From Candidatus Parcubacteria bacterium (GTDB lineage: Bacteria; Patescibacteriota; Patescibacteriia; Patescibacteriales; UBA12075), in the NCBI GenBank assembly GCA_963814275.1, contig CAWFCE010000001.1:259307-323306 (forward strand): a DNA stretch of 64,000 nt, written 5' to 3'. Below are positions 44,428-54,025 of the stretch, in pieces (position 1 is the stretch's first letter; the number at the start of each line of letters is the position of its first letter). Both the position numbers and the translations under genes were made by a program. The notes under the pieces were generated by a model. The model did no database searches and was not told where the DNA came from. It saw only the letters and a program-made list of their open reading frames with translations.

Positions 44428-45741
44428 ATGAAAGACCCAATCGTAGTAACAGAAGGAAAAACAAAGGTAATCTACAAGTCGGAAGACATGCCTGGAATCG
44501 TGCTTATCACGAGCAAAGATGACATCACCAAGAATGATGATCCGTCCGCGACCAAGGTCATGGAGAACAAGGCGGTTCATGCGACCGCAACCACCTGTGC
44601 TGTTTTTTCTCTTTTGAAAGAGGCCGGGATTCCGGTCGCCTTCAAAAAACAGATTTCGGCAACAGAGTTTCTGGCGCCGGAGTGCAAGATGATTCCGCTC
44701 GAAGTGGTCATAAGGCGCTATGCCGTCGGCAGTTATCTCAAACGCTATCCCAATCTCGGCAAGAAGAAAGGCGAATCACCGCACCGTTTTCACCGTCTGG
44801 TCTTCGAACTTTTTTTGAAAACTACCGGAGGTAAAATAATCACCAAGGACGGTGATGTACGCGGAGTTACGCCAACCGAGGAATCGACCGGAAGGCCGAT
44901 TGATGATCCGTTCATTTCCGACCACGACAATGAGGTTTGGGATTTGAAACACCCGAAGTTCCCCGGCTGGGATGAGAAGTCCAACCTTGCTTGTCCGGTA
45001 TTCCGGAGAAACATTCTTCCGGAAAGCGTGAATGTCGCGATAATCGAGGAAATCACACGCAAAACATTCCTCGTTCTCGAGGGCGCATGGTCAAGGCTCG
45101 GTTGCCGTCTTATCGATTTCAAGATCGAGTTCGGCATCGACGCTAACGGCAACCTTCTTGTCGCTGATGTTATCGATAACGACAGTTGGCGTCTGCGGAC
45201 AAGCGACTGGAAAGAACTTTCCAAGCAACTTTTCCGCGATAATTCCGAGATGGGAGACATCGCAAACAAGTATGCGCTGGTGGCAAATCTGGTCAACAGA
45301 GTAACTATTCCGAAACAGGCAATCGTCCTCTGGCGTGGATCAGACAGCGATAAGTTCCCCGAAATCCCGGCTCTGGCTGGCGTAGAAAAGGTCGAGATTA
45401 CGATCTCCGGCCACAAATCACCGGCCAAAGCACTCGACAGGCTGGAAACTGTCCAGGCTGAATTTCCTGAAAAAGGTGTGATCGTAACAGTCATCGGTAT
45501 GAGCAACGGTCTTACTCCCACCCTGTCCGCGCGCACCTGCTGGCCTGTAATCTCGGTTCCAGCAACCGCCAAGGACAGACCACACGATGTTTGGAGTAAT
45601 CTCGAAGCACCTTCGAACGTTCCTTTGGCCACCGTCCTTTCGCCGAAAAACGCAGTTCTCGCCAGTCTGAACATTCTGGCACAAAGCAACCCGATCGCTT
45701 ACATGCATCGTCAGTATGCGATTGAGGAGTTGGATAAATAG
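44428..45741 (+). CDS. Bifunctional SAICAR synthetase / class II PurE-like AIR carboxylase (PAICS-type fusion)
   Basis: The N-terminal domain (EGKTKVIY..., [31 protein letters not shown]...[12 protein letters not shown]) resembles eukaryote-type PurC. The C-terminal domain ([51 protein letters not shown]) resembles the AIRc domain of animal PAICS rather than class I PurE (AGGAAHLPG). Confidence 0.8.
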   Translation: [437 protein letters not shown]

Positions 45742-46127
45742 CCAATACAAACAGCTGAATTGACTTTCTGCATAATCCGTAACATTTTAACAGGGCCACT
45801 TTGCATAAGCAGAGTGGTCCTTTTCTTTTTGGCAATAGTCTTCCATTTGCTTAAAAAATTTGCACTATCTCCCGAGTCAGCAAAGGCATATAGAAATTCT
45901 CGCTATTCTCAGCCAAACTGGTGCGGACTTCGTCCAAGTAGTGGAGCAAAATAAAACTCCGACTTTATGTAGGAGTTTTATTTTGCTTCTGTGGATACGA
46001 AAGAACCTGCTTTTTGGAAAGACCCTTGTGCCCCTTCGGATTCTATTTTAAAAGTTTATAATTCCAGACTTGTCCCGTCATTAAACATAATAGAAAAAGG
46101 ACCAAGCAGCGGCTGGGTCCTTTTTTG

Positions 46128-46523
46128 TTAAATAAATCTAATGCTTTGTTTTATATTTTCGGTATTTTTTTCAGGAAAAGCATAATCCTTTTTTCTCTTT
46201 TGGTCGTACACAGCGATTTTATAAAACGTATAATTATCCCTGTCCAGAATGACTATATGAGTTCGGTACAACTCGCCATTGACGACCGGAGTCAGAATGA
46301 TCCTCTGCGGATCTTCGACTTGGGAAATTGCCTGATCGATCGTTTCGGCCAATCGATTTAATGTTTTGGCCGGTATTCCCGGCTCATCGTATGCGATCGT
46401 ATAATCATCCGATCGAGTATCCCAGCAATCGCGGGAGCTGTTTTTCCCGTAATTATTATGGCCGGCACAGCCGGCGGTGAGTAAGATAAACAAGCCGCAC
46501 ATCGCAACATACCTCGGATTCAT
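46128..46523 (-). CDS. Putative lipoprotein
   Basis: MNPRYVAMCGLFILLTAGC carries a lipobox (LTAGC). SD AAGGAGG lies upstream. Confidence 0.5.
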   Translation of the reverse strand: MNPRYVAMCGLFILLTAGCAGHNNYGKNSSRDCWDTRSDDYTIAYDEPGIPAKTLNRLAETIDQAISQVEDPQRIILTPVVNGELYRTHIVILDRDNYTFYKIAVYDQKRKKDYAFPEKNTENIKQSIRFI

Positions 46524-46956
46524 GAAAAGCTCCTCCTTTCTCAAAGAACATTGCATGATTATGCCCGACTGAATCGGTAAAGGTATTAATATTCAGTCTG
46601 AGAACGCACTGGTTATATAAAGGTATTATGGCCGATTAATATTAGAATATTCATAAATTGAGAATAAGCGAGGCTCATATACATTAATATTACCAGGTTA
46701 TCGGCCCAAGGTCAGGTTGTCGAAAATGAAGCCGGCGATGAGGACGATGGGGGGAGCAAATTGATTCATAATGGCTAAAATTATGATAAATAATTACTTG
46801 TCTATTATATTTTAACCCCTAAAAGTGTAAACCCCCTTGCTGCAATGTTAACAAACCTTTGACTGCTGGCTTGTTAGAGTAAATGAATAATAAAAATATG
46901 GTTTAATTTTTATCTAAGTTTGAGATTCATTTTTTCGGCGCTAACTTTTACCACTC

Positions 46957-47036
46957 GGTAAAGTTGAATTAGTTCGGAAAACAGGTAATCTGCGGCGCAA
47001 AAATAAAACTACAGAGAAATCTCTGTAGTTTTTTTT
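46957..47036 (+). repeat. Conserved module plus terminator, copy C (diverged)
   Basis: ggtaaagttgaattagttcggaaaacaggtaatctgcggcgc shares AGTTCGGAAA and GTAATCTG.GG.GC with copies A and B. It is followed by hairpin ctacagag-aaat-ctctgtag and tttttttt. Confidence 0.7.
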
Positions 47037-47040
47037 ACCT

Positions 47041-47068
47041 TTGCCAGCGCGCGGAAAAGTGATATAAT
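47041..47068 (+). promoter_or_regulatory. Sigma-70-like promoter (extended -10)
   Basis: TTGCCA (47041-47046), 16 nt, TGaTATAAT (47060-47068). Confidence 0.5.
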
Positions 47069-47192
47069 CTGAGCAGATATTATTTCATTTACATTTTATT
47101 TTTCTCAAGCCGCAATGGCAAGAGAAATCGCGCGAACCGCGAAAATATCAGCTGATCTTTGAAATTCACCTTCAGAGAAAGGAGGGCGAGCC

Positions 47193-48614
47193 ATGAAACA
47201 GATCGCGAGTTTTAAGTTTTCGGTTTTATTCCTGTCGCTTTTATCCGTGACCGCTGTCATATGCCTTGGCGGTGTTTCCCGCGCCGGCAATGGGCGAACC
47301 GGCCTTCCACCGCCGGAGTTTCAGTGTCCGGACTTGTCGGCCGAAACGGACCATCCTCCAGAATCCGATGACGAGTCGCTTCTCGAAATGATTCAGAAGC
47401 ATGCCTTTGCTTACTTTTGGTGCGAAGCAAACCCGGCCAACGGGCTGATCAGGGACCGGGATACCTCCGGTTCTCCCGCGAATATCACCGCGATCAGCTA
47501 TGGTTTGTCGGCTTATACTGTAGGGATCGACCGCGGCTGGATCAGCCGAAAAGCGGGAAGCGAACGGGTATGGCGGACATTGAAGTTTTTCGCGGACAGT
47601 CCCGAGGGACCGGAGCCGGACGCGACCGGTTATCACGGGTTTTACTACCGTTTTCTTGACATGAAAACCGGCAAAAGGGCCTGGCATGCCGAGTTGTCGA
47701 GCGTCGACAGCGCCCTGCTGCTCGCCGGCGCGTTGCATGCGCAGCAGTACTTCGACCGGAATAATGCCCGGGAACGCGAAATCCGATGTTTGGCCCGGTT
47801 TTTATTCGAGCGGGCCGACTGGCCCTGGCTTCAGGTGCGGGGAGCCGGGATCGCGCTCGGCTGGAAACCGGAAACCGGCTTTATTCCCTGCGACTGGCAG
47901 GGCTACAATGAGGCGATGATAGTCTACGTGCTCGCTTTGGGTTCGCCGACGCATCCGGTCGGGCCGGATGCCTGGGCAGCCTGGACAGAAGGCTATGATT
48001 GGAGTGATGACGACTATCCGCGGGTCATGTTCCCTTCGCTTTACGGCCATCAGTATTCGCAGATCTGGATCGATCTCCGGGGTTTGCAGGACGCATATAT
48101 GCGCGCGAAAGGAACAGATTATTTCAAGAATTCCCGCCTCGCGACCCAGGCCCAGATCGCCTATGCCGAAGAAAATGCCCAGAAGTGGCAGGACTATGGC
48201 AATTTGTGGGGTATCACGGCCTCCGATTCGCCAGCCGGATATTCGGCCCGCGGCATAAAGGCGGATGGTTTCGACAATTTTACCTTTGCGCCGGACGACG
48301 GAACCATCGTTCCCTCGGCGGCCGCCGGATCGATCGTCTTTACGCCTGAAGAATCGCTGGCCGTTTTGCGGTATATGTATGAAAACTATGCCAAGCTATG
48401 GGGACCGTACGGTTTCCGGGACGCGTTCAACCCCACCATAAACTGGTTTGCGAACGAATATATCGGGATTGACCAGGGGCCCATTGTCCTTATGATCGAA
48501 AACCAACGGACGGGGCAGATCTGGCAGATGGCCATGAAAAACCCGGTAATCAAGCGCGGACTCAAGCGCGCCGGATTCATGCCGAGTGCGGCGCAACAGG
48601 CAAAAGCGCGGTAG
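47193..48614 (+). CDS. Putative glucoamylase-like/GH144-type beta-1,2-glucanase family protein
   Basis: Signal peptide, then FAYFWCEANPANGLIRDR, GFYYRFLDMKTGKR, and ELSSVDSALLLAGALHAQQYF, recalled as typical of the PF10091/GH144 family. This is from memory and was not searched. Confidence 0.6.
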   Translation: MKQIASFKFSVLFLSLLSVTAVICLGGVSRAGNGRTGLPPPEFQCPDLSAETDHPPESDDESLLEMIQKHAFAYFWCEANPANGLIRDRDTSGSPANITAISYGLSAYTVGIDRGWISRKAGSERVWRTLKFFADSPEGPEPDATGYHGFYYRFLDMKTGKRAWHAELSSVDSALLLAGALHAQQYFDRNNAREREIRCLARFLFERADWPWLQVRGAGIALGWKPETGFIPCDWQGYNEAMIVYVLALGSPTHPVGPDAWAAWTEGYDWSDDDYPRVMFPSLYGHQYSQIWIDLRGLQDAYMRAKGTDYFKNSRLATQAQIAYAEENAQKWQDYGNLWGITASDSPAGYSARGIKADGFDNFTFAPDDGTIVPSAAAGSIVFTPEESLAVLRYMYENYAKLWGPYGFRDAFNPTINWFANEYIGIDQGPIVLMIENQRTGQIWQMAMKNPVIKRGLKRAGFMPSAAQQAKAR

Positions 48615-49159
48615 ATTATAGACCATTTTGAAGCAAGGGAAGAATTCCCACAATAAAGACCGTGTGGTTTTACTCATGCGGCCTTTTTTTTATTTTTTTT
48701 TAAGAGAAATATAAGAAGTTTAACCTCCCGGGATCCAACCTGCCCGCAAGCTGAAACAGGCATAGGGGATAAACCGGCTTCGGGAGCCGCACAAAAACAA
48801 AAATCACAAAGTCTGCACAAAAAACTTTTTGGGGCGGTTATGCCGGGTATTTGCAAGACATAGACGTGCACCTCTGGGAAATAGGCCATAATCCGGCATG
48901 GAGAGTTAAGGATTAAGATAAGCTTGTGCGAACGGGTTTTGGAGCTATCACGGGATTCTCCTAAGTAAATCATTGAAAAACCAAAAAATAATTTGGATAT
49001 GTCTGCTAAAGCGGTGAGACTTCGGTCAATACCCGCTTTTTGTTATAATCCATGTTAACGGCCGCCACGGAGTCATAAGCTTTTCGCTTTTGTGCATTAG
49101 TAAGTTATTATATATAATGATATCGGGGATTAATTGTTGATATTAAGTCAAATCGATCA

Positions 49160-49903
49160 ATGCAAAATTCGGAACTGGCACAAAAATTTTATGACCGTTC
49201 GTATCTTCCCGCCCGTGAAGATTTTTTTAAGGTTTTCGGAACAGGATCAGACAGCGATAGTCCGGATTTGGACTGGACCGAATATAGCAATATGATCGGG
49301 AAGGGAAATCCGATTTTTGAACTTTGGAATGTGGAATATATAAATGCTCTTTGCGGTTATTTGGCGCAAAGGGATTGCAATAAAGCCGGTTATCCCATAA
49401 AGGTCCTGGAGGTTGCCGCCGGAAACGGCCGTCTTACTCATTTTTTAAAACAAGAACTGGAACAGATTTCTCCCGGCAAATTCGAGCTGAGCGCAACCGA
49501 CTCAGGCATTGAAAAATATCAGATTGATTTTCCCGTAGAAAAACTGGCGCACAAAAAAGCCATCAAAAAATTTCGCCCCGACATAATTATTTGCGCCTGG
49601 ATGCCGATGGGGATCGATCTATCGGACGAATTTCGCAAGGAAAAAAACACGAAAGAATATATTCTGATCGGTCCGGCCCGGTTGGGTATCATCGGCGATT
49701 ATTGGAAAACCTGGGGGATTTCGCATGTGGAAAAAAGAAATATTTTCCGCAAGTTAATATTGCCGCCTTTTATAAAGGATGGATTTGATTATTATGAATT
49801 AGCCCATCTTGCGCAGAATCAAATTTGCAAAATGGATACGCCTTGCCGCGTTAATCGAGGGATAATGCTGTCAACGACGGTTTCCTTCAGTAGGATCATA
49901 TAG
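49160..49903 (+). CDS. Probable SAM-dependent methyltransferase
   Basis: Motif I-like IKVLEVAAGNGRLTHFL, with an acidic residue after beta-2 (ATDSG). Confidence 0.45.
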   Translation: MQNSELAQKFYDRSYLPAREDFFKVFGTGSDSDSPDLDWTEYSNMIGKGNPIFELWNVEYINALCGYLAQRDCNKAGYPIKVLEVAAGNGRLTHFLKQELEQISPGKFELSATDSGIEKYQIDFPVEKLAHKKAIKKFRPDIIICAWMPMGIDLSDEFRKEKNTKEYILIGPARLGIIGDYWKTWGISHVEKRNIFRKLILPPFIKDGFDYYELAHLAQNQICKMDTPCRVNRGIMLSTTVSFSRII

Positions 49904-50055
49904 TTTTGCTTTCGTATTACTCGCATAATTCAGTTCATTTAAATTTTAAGAGTCTGGGAATCCGACGTAGAATTATTAAACTCAATTCAGGGTCCGAGTA
50001 TCAGGGGATAAGTTTTTGGCTATCCGTGTTTTGCGTAACATGCTAAAATTACCAT

Positions 50056-50968
50056 ATGCAAAGGGTTAAAGTTAAAATTATATTAAACATCCTCGTATTC
50101 TTTTCATTCCTGTCATCATTCATTACTGGATTGGTCAAGACCCCCGGATTGCTTAAAACCTTGGGTGTAAGCACTATTTCACTCCCCATGTATAGGATCA
50201 ACCAAATACATGACCTAAGCGGCGTGGTCTTGGGGTTATTGATTATCACTCATCTCGCATTACATCGGGGCTGGATCAAATCTTATCTTTCTACGGGCGC
50301 GAGGCGATATGCATTTTATGCGCTGGTCGCGGCCGGGGGCCTGCTTTTTTCTTTTTATCTTTTGGGAGTCGTCGGTACCAGCCAGCGGGCGACCCGATTG
50401 GCCAGCCGCGAAGTGCGGGAATATCAGGGCGAAGACCTTTCTTCCATTAATGACCTGATCGAAACATCGATCGGCGGTACCCAGCGTATCGATCCGGGAA
50501 ATTATACTCTGGCGATCACCGGCCTGGTCGATAAACCCCAAAAATATACCTATGACCAGGTGTTGAGTTTCGACAACTACTCCAAAGTGGTCGACATCAA
50601 TTGCGTAACCGGCTGGAGCGCCAAGATCCTGTGGGAGGGGGTACTGCTCAGTGATCTTCTCAAATCGGCCGGCATCAGACCGGAAGCCAAGACGGCCATA
50701 TTCTACGCGATTGACGGTTTTACCACCTCGCTCCCCCTGGATTACATCATCAAGCCAGGATATTATCCTGGCGGACAAAGCCAATAATGTGGTCCTGCCC
50801 GAAGAGAAGGGCTTTCCCTTCCAACTGGTGGCCGAGCAGAAGTGGGGCTACAAATGGATCAAATGGCTGACCAAGATCGAACTATCGGATGACCCGGATT
50901 ATCTCGGTACTTATGAACGGTCCGGCTACAGCAATGAGGCCGATATTACGAAGCCTAAAAAACAATAA
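50056..50968 (+). pseudogene. DUF4405-like membrane domain plus molybdopterin-binding oxidoreductase (sulfite-oxidase fold), frameshifted paralog
   Basis: Collinear with the intact 63080-63988 gene. The frame is lost at about 50755 (aag Cca gga instead of aag cag gat). The downstream frame continues DIILADKANNVVLPEEKGFPFQLVAEQKWGYKWIKW. Confidence 0.7.
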
Positions 50969-51193
50969 AATCGATGTATGCAAAAGCACATTCCATGGAA
51001 TGTGCTATAGAATGCGCTAGCCCGATCCTCAATCCGCATATCCGCCAGTGGTGAAAATAGAATCCTTGAATCAATCAAACCCACGTTAATTTCATTTGAC
51101 AGAGTAGCAATAAAATGTTACTCTTTTTGATTACAAAATGTTTTTTTACAATCGATATAATTAACCTGTTATCAATAGAAAAGGGAGGACAAG

Positions 51194-51616
51194 ATGATAT
51201 TATCCACTATAAAGTTGGCGATTTTGTCTGGTGTTTGTTTCGGGACCTGGCCGTTGTTTCTAAACAAGAGCGGGCTAAGCGGCAACGCTTCGGCGTTCGT
51301 TTATACGTTCTTGTGCCTGTTGGTGCTTTTCCCGTTTGCCATTTCCGAAATGAAAAACATTGGAAACACCAACTGGTTAATGATGATAGCCGCGGCAGTG
51401 ATCGGTGCAATGGGAGTTAAATTCTTTAGCGGAATGCTTGCCGTAACCACTGCCAAAGATACCAGCCTGATGTTTATCGTAATGATCTGCGTGCAGATCT
51501 CGGTGCCGGCCATCTATAACATTTATCTGGAAAGAGGCATTTCACCGATGCGGGGACTGGGACTGGCTTTGGCATTCGCCGCGGCTATCGTACTGACTTT
51601 GTCACGGGAGGGATAA
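51194..51616 (+). CDS. Small 4-TM membrane protein (DMT/SMR-like)
   Basis: 140 aa with four hydrophobic helices and SD GGGAGGA. Translationally coupled to the next gene (taAGATG). Confidence 0.4.
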   Translation: MILSTIKLAILSGVCFGTWPLFLNKSGLSGNASAFVYTFLCLLVLFPFAISEMKNIGNTNWLMMIAAAVIGAMGVKFFSGMLAVTTAKDTSLMFIVMICVQISVPAIYNIYLERGISPMRGLGLALAFAAAIVLTLSREG

Positions 51617-51617
51617 G

Positions 51618-52220
51618 ATGGAAAATTTATTGCGTTTCGTATTGAAGGCAATGGCCCTGAAAATGGTGAAGCGGGCGGGCTGGAACAAGGACAAGACTAT
51701 GAACGGCAAGCGATATTTTTGCCAGGTGAAAAATGCCGAGAGCGTTGCCAGCCATAGCTGGTTGTCTGCCCTTATAGTCTTACTGCTTACTAAAATCAGT
51801 AATCGGGAAGATGCGCTTGATATCTTGGCTATGGCCCTGATCCATGATCTGCCGGAGATCATCACCGGCGATCCATTGACACCCTTTTACAGTTTGGAAG
51901 AAGTCCGAAAGAAAGATTTAGATGAAGCGGTTGCTTTTCGGACAATTGCCAGCGACCTGCCTGATGATATCAGAATTTGGCTGACTGGTTTGCTCGATGA
52001 GTTTGTCGAACAGAGAACTGAGCGGGCCAGACTGGTTAAGGCCTGCGAATATGCAGATCCGATACTCTTAAGCTTGCTCTATGCTCAGGATCCGGAAAAC
52101 ATCGTTGATCCGGCGGAATTCGCGGAAACGAATATGCCCAAGATCAAGCAACGAGCTCCCGACCTGGCCCAGGCATTGAGCGAAATTCTGGAAGGGTTCG
52201 ATGTATCCGGCAAAAGCTAA
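51618..52220 (+). CDS. HD-domain phosphohydrolase (YfbR-like 5'-nucleotidase family)
   Basis: ESVASHSW...ALIHDLPEIITGD carries the H...HD...D metal-binding pattern. Confidence 0.7.
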   Translation: MENLLRFVLKAMALKMVKRAGWNKDKTMNGKRYFCQVKNAESVASHSWLSALIVLLLTKISNREDALDILAMALIHDLPEIITGDPLTPFYSLEEVRKKDLDEAVAFRTIASDLPDDIRIWLTGLLDEFVEQRTERARLVKACEYADPILLSLLYAQDPENIVDPAEFAETNMPKIKQRAPDLAQALSEILEGFDVSGKS

Positions 52221-52442
52221 TAAGACATCTGATCGCATTATCTTTTGTGCCAGATTGTGCTTTTGCACCCCTCGGACAGGCAAGACTGCTTGTTCGAGGG
52301 TTTTTATTTTTATAAAACATGTAAATCAAAAAAACTTATAAAAATTAATGATTAAGGGAAAATACCCGTTACCATATGCGGGCCGTATCGTTATATTAAA
52401 CAAAGAACAGGCCAATGGAGTTAATTTATTTATATAAAATGT

Positions 52443-53060
52443 ATGAAAAAACATGTATTATCGGTGGCGACAGTGATCCTGGCCACCCTTATCGTGGCCG
52501 GGGCGGTCTATGCCTATTCGGCCGCCAGGGAAAAAGCGAAAGTCGCGGAAGAATCCACGGCCGGTGGAGCGGCCGAAAATAATTCCGGTTTAGCCAATCC
52601 GGCAGCGGTCTATTGCGGGGAGCAGGGCGGAGCGTCGGAAATACGCTCGGCTGCCGACGGCAGCCAATCCGGCGTCTGCGTATTTGCCGACGGGAGCGAA
52701 TGCGATGAATGGGCGTATTACCGCGGGGAGTGCCAGCCGGGAGAAAACGGCAATACCCCGGAAAAATCAGTAAAAGAAGCGGTGTCCGGATTGATCGCCG
52801 AGAAATACGGCCGATCGGCCGACACGGTAGCGATCGCGGTCAGTATCGACACCGGGACATTCGCCCAAGGCAGCGTGCGGTTTACCGATGAGAACGGCGG
52901 GGGATTATGGTTCGCCGCCAAGACCGCAGCCGGCTGGGAACTGGCCTTCGACGGCAACGGCATCGTGCCCTGCGCGGCGGCGGATAAATACGGTTTCCCC
53001 CGGGACATGGTTCCGCAGTGCGTCGACACCGAAAATAATAACGCGTTAATCGCGAGATAG
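52443..53060 (+). CDS. DUF333-domain secreted protein (putative hemolysin-like)
   Basis: Signal anchor followed by NPAAVYCGEQGG......GVCVFADGSECDEWAYYRGEC (DUF333 Cys pattern). Confidence 0.65.
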   Translation: MKKHVLSVATVILATLIVAGAVYAYSAAREKAKVAEESTAGGAAENNSGLANPAAVYCGEQGGASEIRSAADGSQSGVCVFADGSECDEWAYYRGECQPGENGNTPEKSVKEAVSGLIAEKYGRSADTVAIAVSIDTGTFAQGSVRFTDENGGGLWFAAKTAAGWELAFDGNGIVPCAAADKYGFPRDMVPQCVDTENNNALIAR

Positions 53061-53552
53061 TTACGGCCAAACGGACTAATGACCAGATAATTCTGATCAA
53101 ATTGAGCCTCAACCAAAGCGCGATGCAAATGACTCTGGCCTCAGCCAGAGTCATTGTTTAATTAAGCAGGGTTGACAACGCCGGTTGACTTAATGACCAT
53201 AAGGTGTATAATCAATATACTAATGAAAAGGGAAACAGGTTGCCTATATTCCAGTTCCCGGGAAATTTAATCGAAAGCACTATAAGCAACTTACGCGATA
53301 CGAGTTGCTTTTTTATATCTATGACATCTAAAGAACAATTTTTGACCGAACACAATAAACTGGCGCCCGCGAATCTGAAAGCCGACATGGATACGCTTGC
53401 CTGTTTTGAGGAGGAAAAACCGGGACTATTCAAAAACAATGACTGGTCAATCGCTAAGATCCGGCGGCCATTTGTCCTCTGGCTTACTTCGCGGGGATAA
53501 AGAAAGCATGCTGATTTAGAGAAATTTTTACTTCACTACAGAATAGGAGGAA

Positions 53553-53738
53553 ATGATGGAAATAAAAATCGATGGATTAAAAGGTACCGCCAAGACTCAG
53601 AAAGCGCTAAATGTCCTAGGCGAAAGGGGAATAAAAATATGCCTTACGGGAGGGACAATTTCATTTACAATTACGGATAAAGAATTGGTGGAGATTACTA
53701 AGAACTATATTTACAAAAAATACGGAGTGAAACTTTGA
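53553..53738 (+). CDS. Hypothetical small protein
   Basis: 61 aa with SD TAGGAGGA. A strong terminator lies at about 53751-53790. Confidence 0.4.
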   Translation: MMEIKIDGLKGTAKTQKALNVLGERGIKICLTGGTISFTITDKELVEITKNYIYKKYGVKL

Positions 53739-54025
53739 TTACAAGAATATATCAGGGTTGCCCGCGCGCGGACAACCCTGATTTTTTTGGGGTTTTTCCG
53801 TCCGCTGTCATTTGCTTAAAATTCGTGTTTTTCCGGGTTTGTCCCCATATAATTTAAAATTATTTAAATACGAATGCCGGTTTGACCCATAACGCGGGGA
53901 GGGGTACAATATAAGAAATGTGCTTGAAACGGTTAATGATGTTTAGCCGTTTTAATTTTGAACGGATCTTTTACATATATACAAACATAAAAATTTAGGA
54001 GCGAGCGCTCCGGAGAGGGGGAAAA

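Noticed and set aside
48700-49050. A possible structured RNA of about 340 nt ending in a terminator (agcgg...cccgct plus T-run at about 49010-49045).
   Set aside because: No match to tmRNA, RNase P, SRP or 6S hallmarks could be recognised by eye, and no promoter is evident. It may be degraded coding sequence. It is worth a cmscan but is not supportable as a feature.
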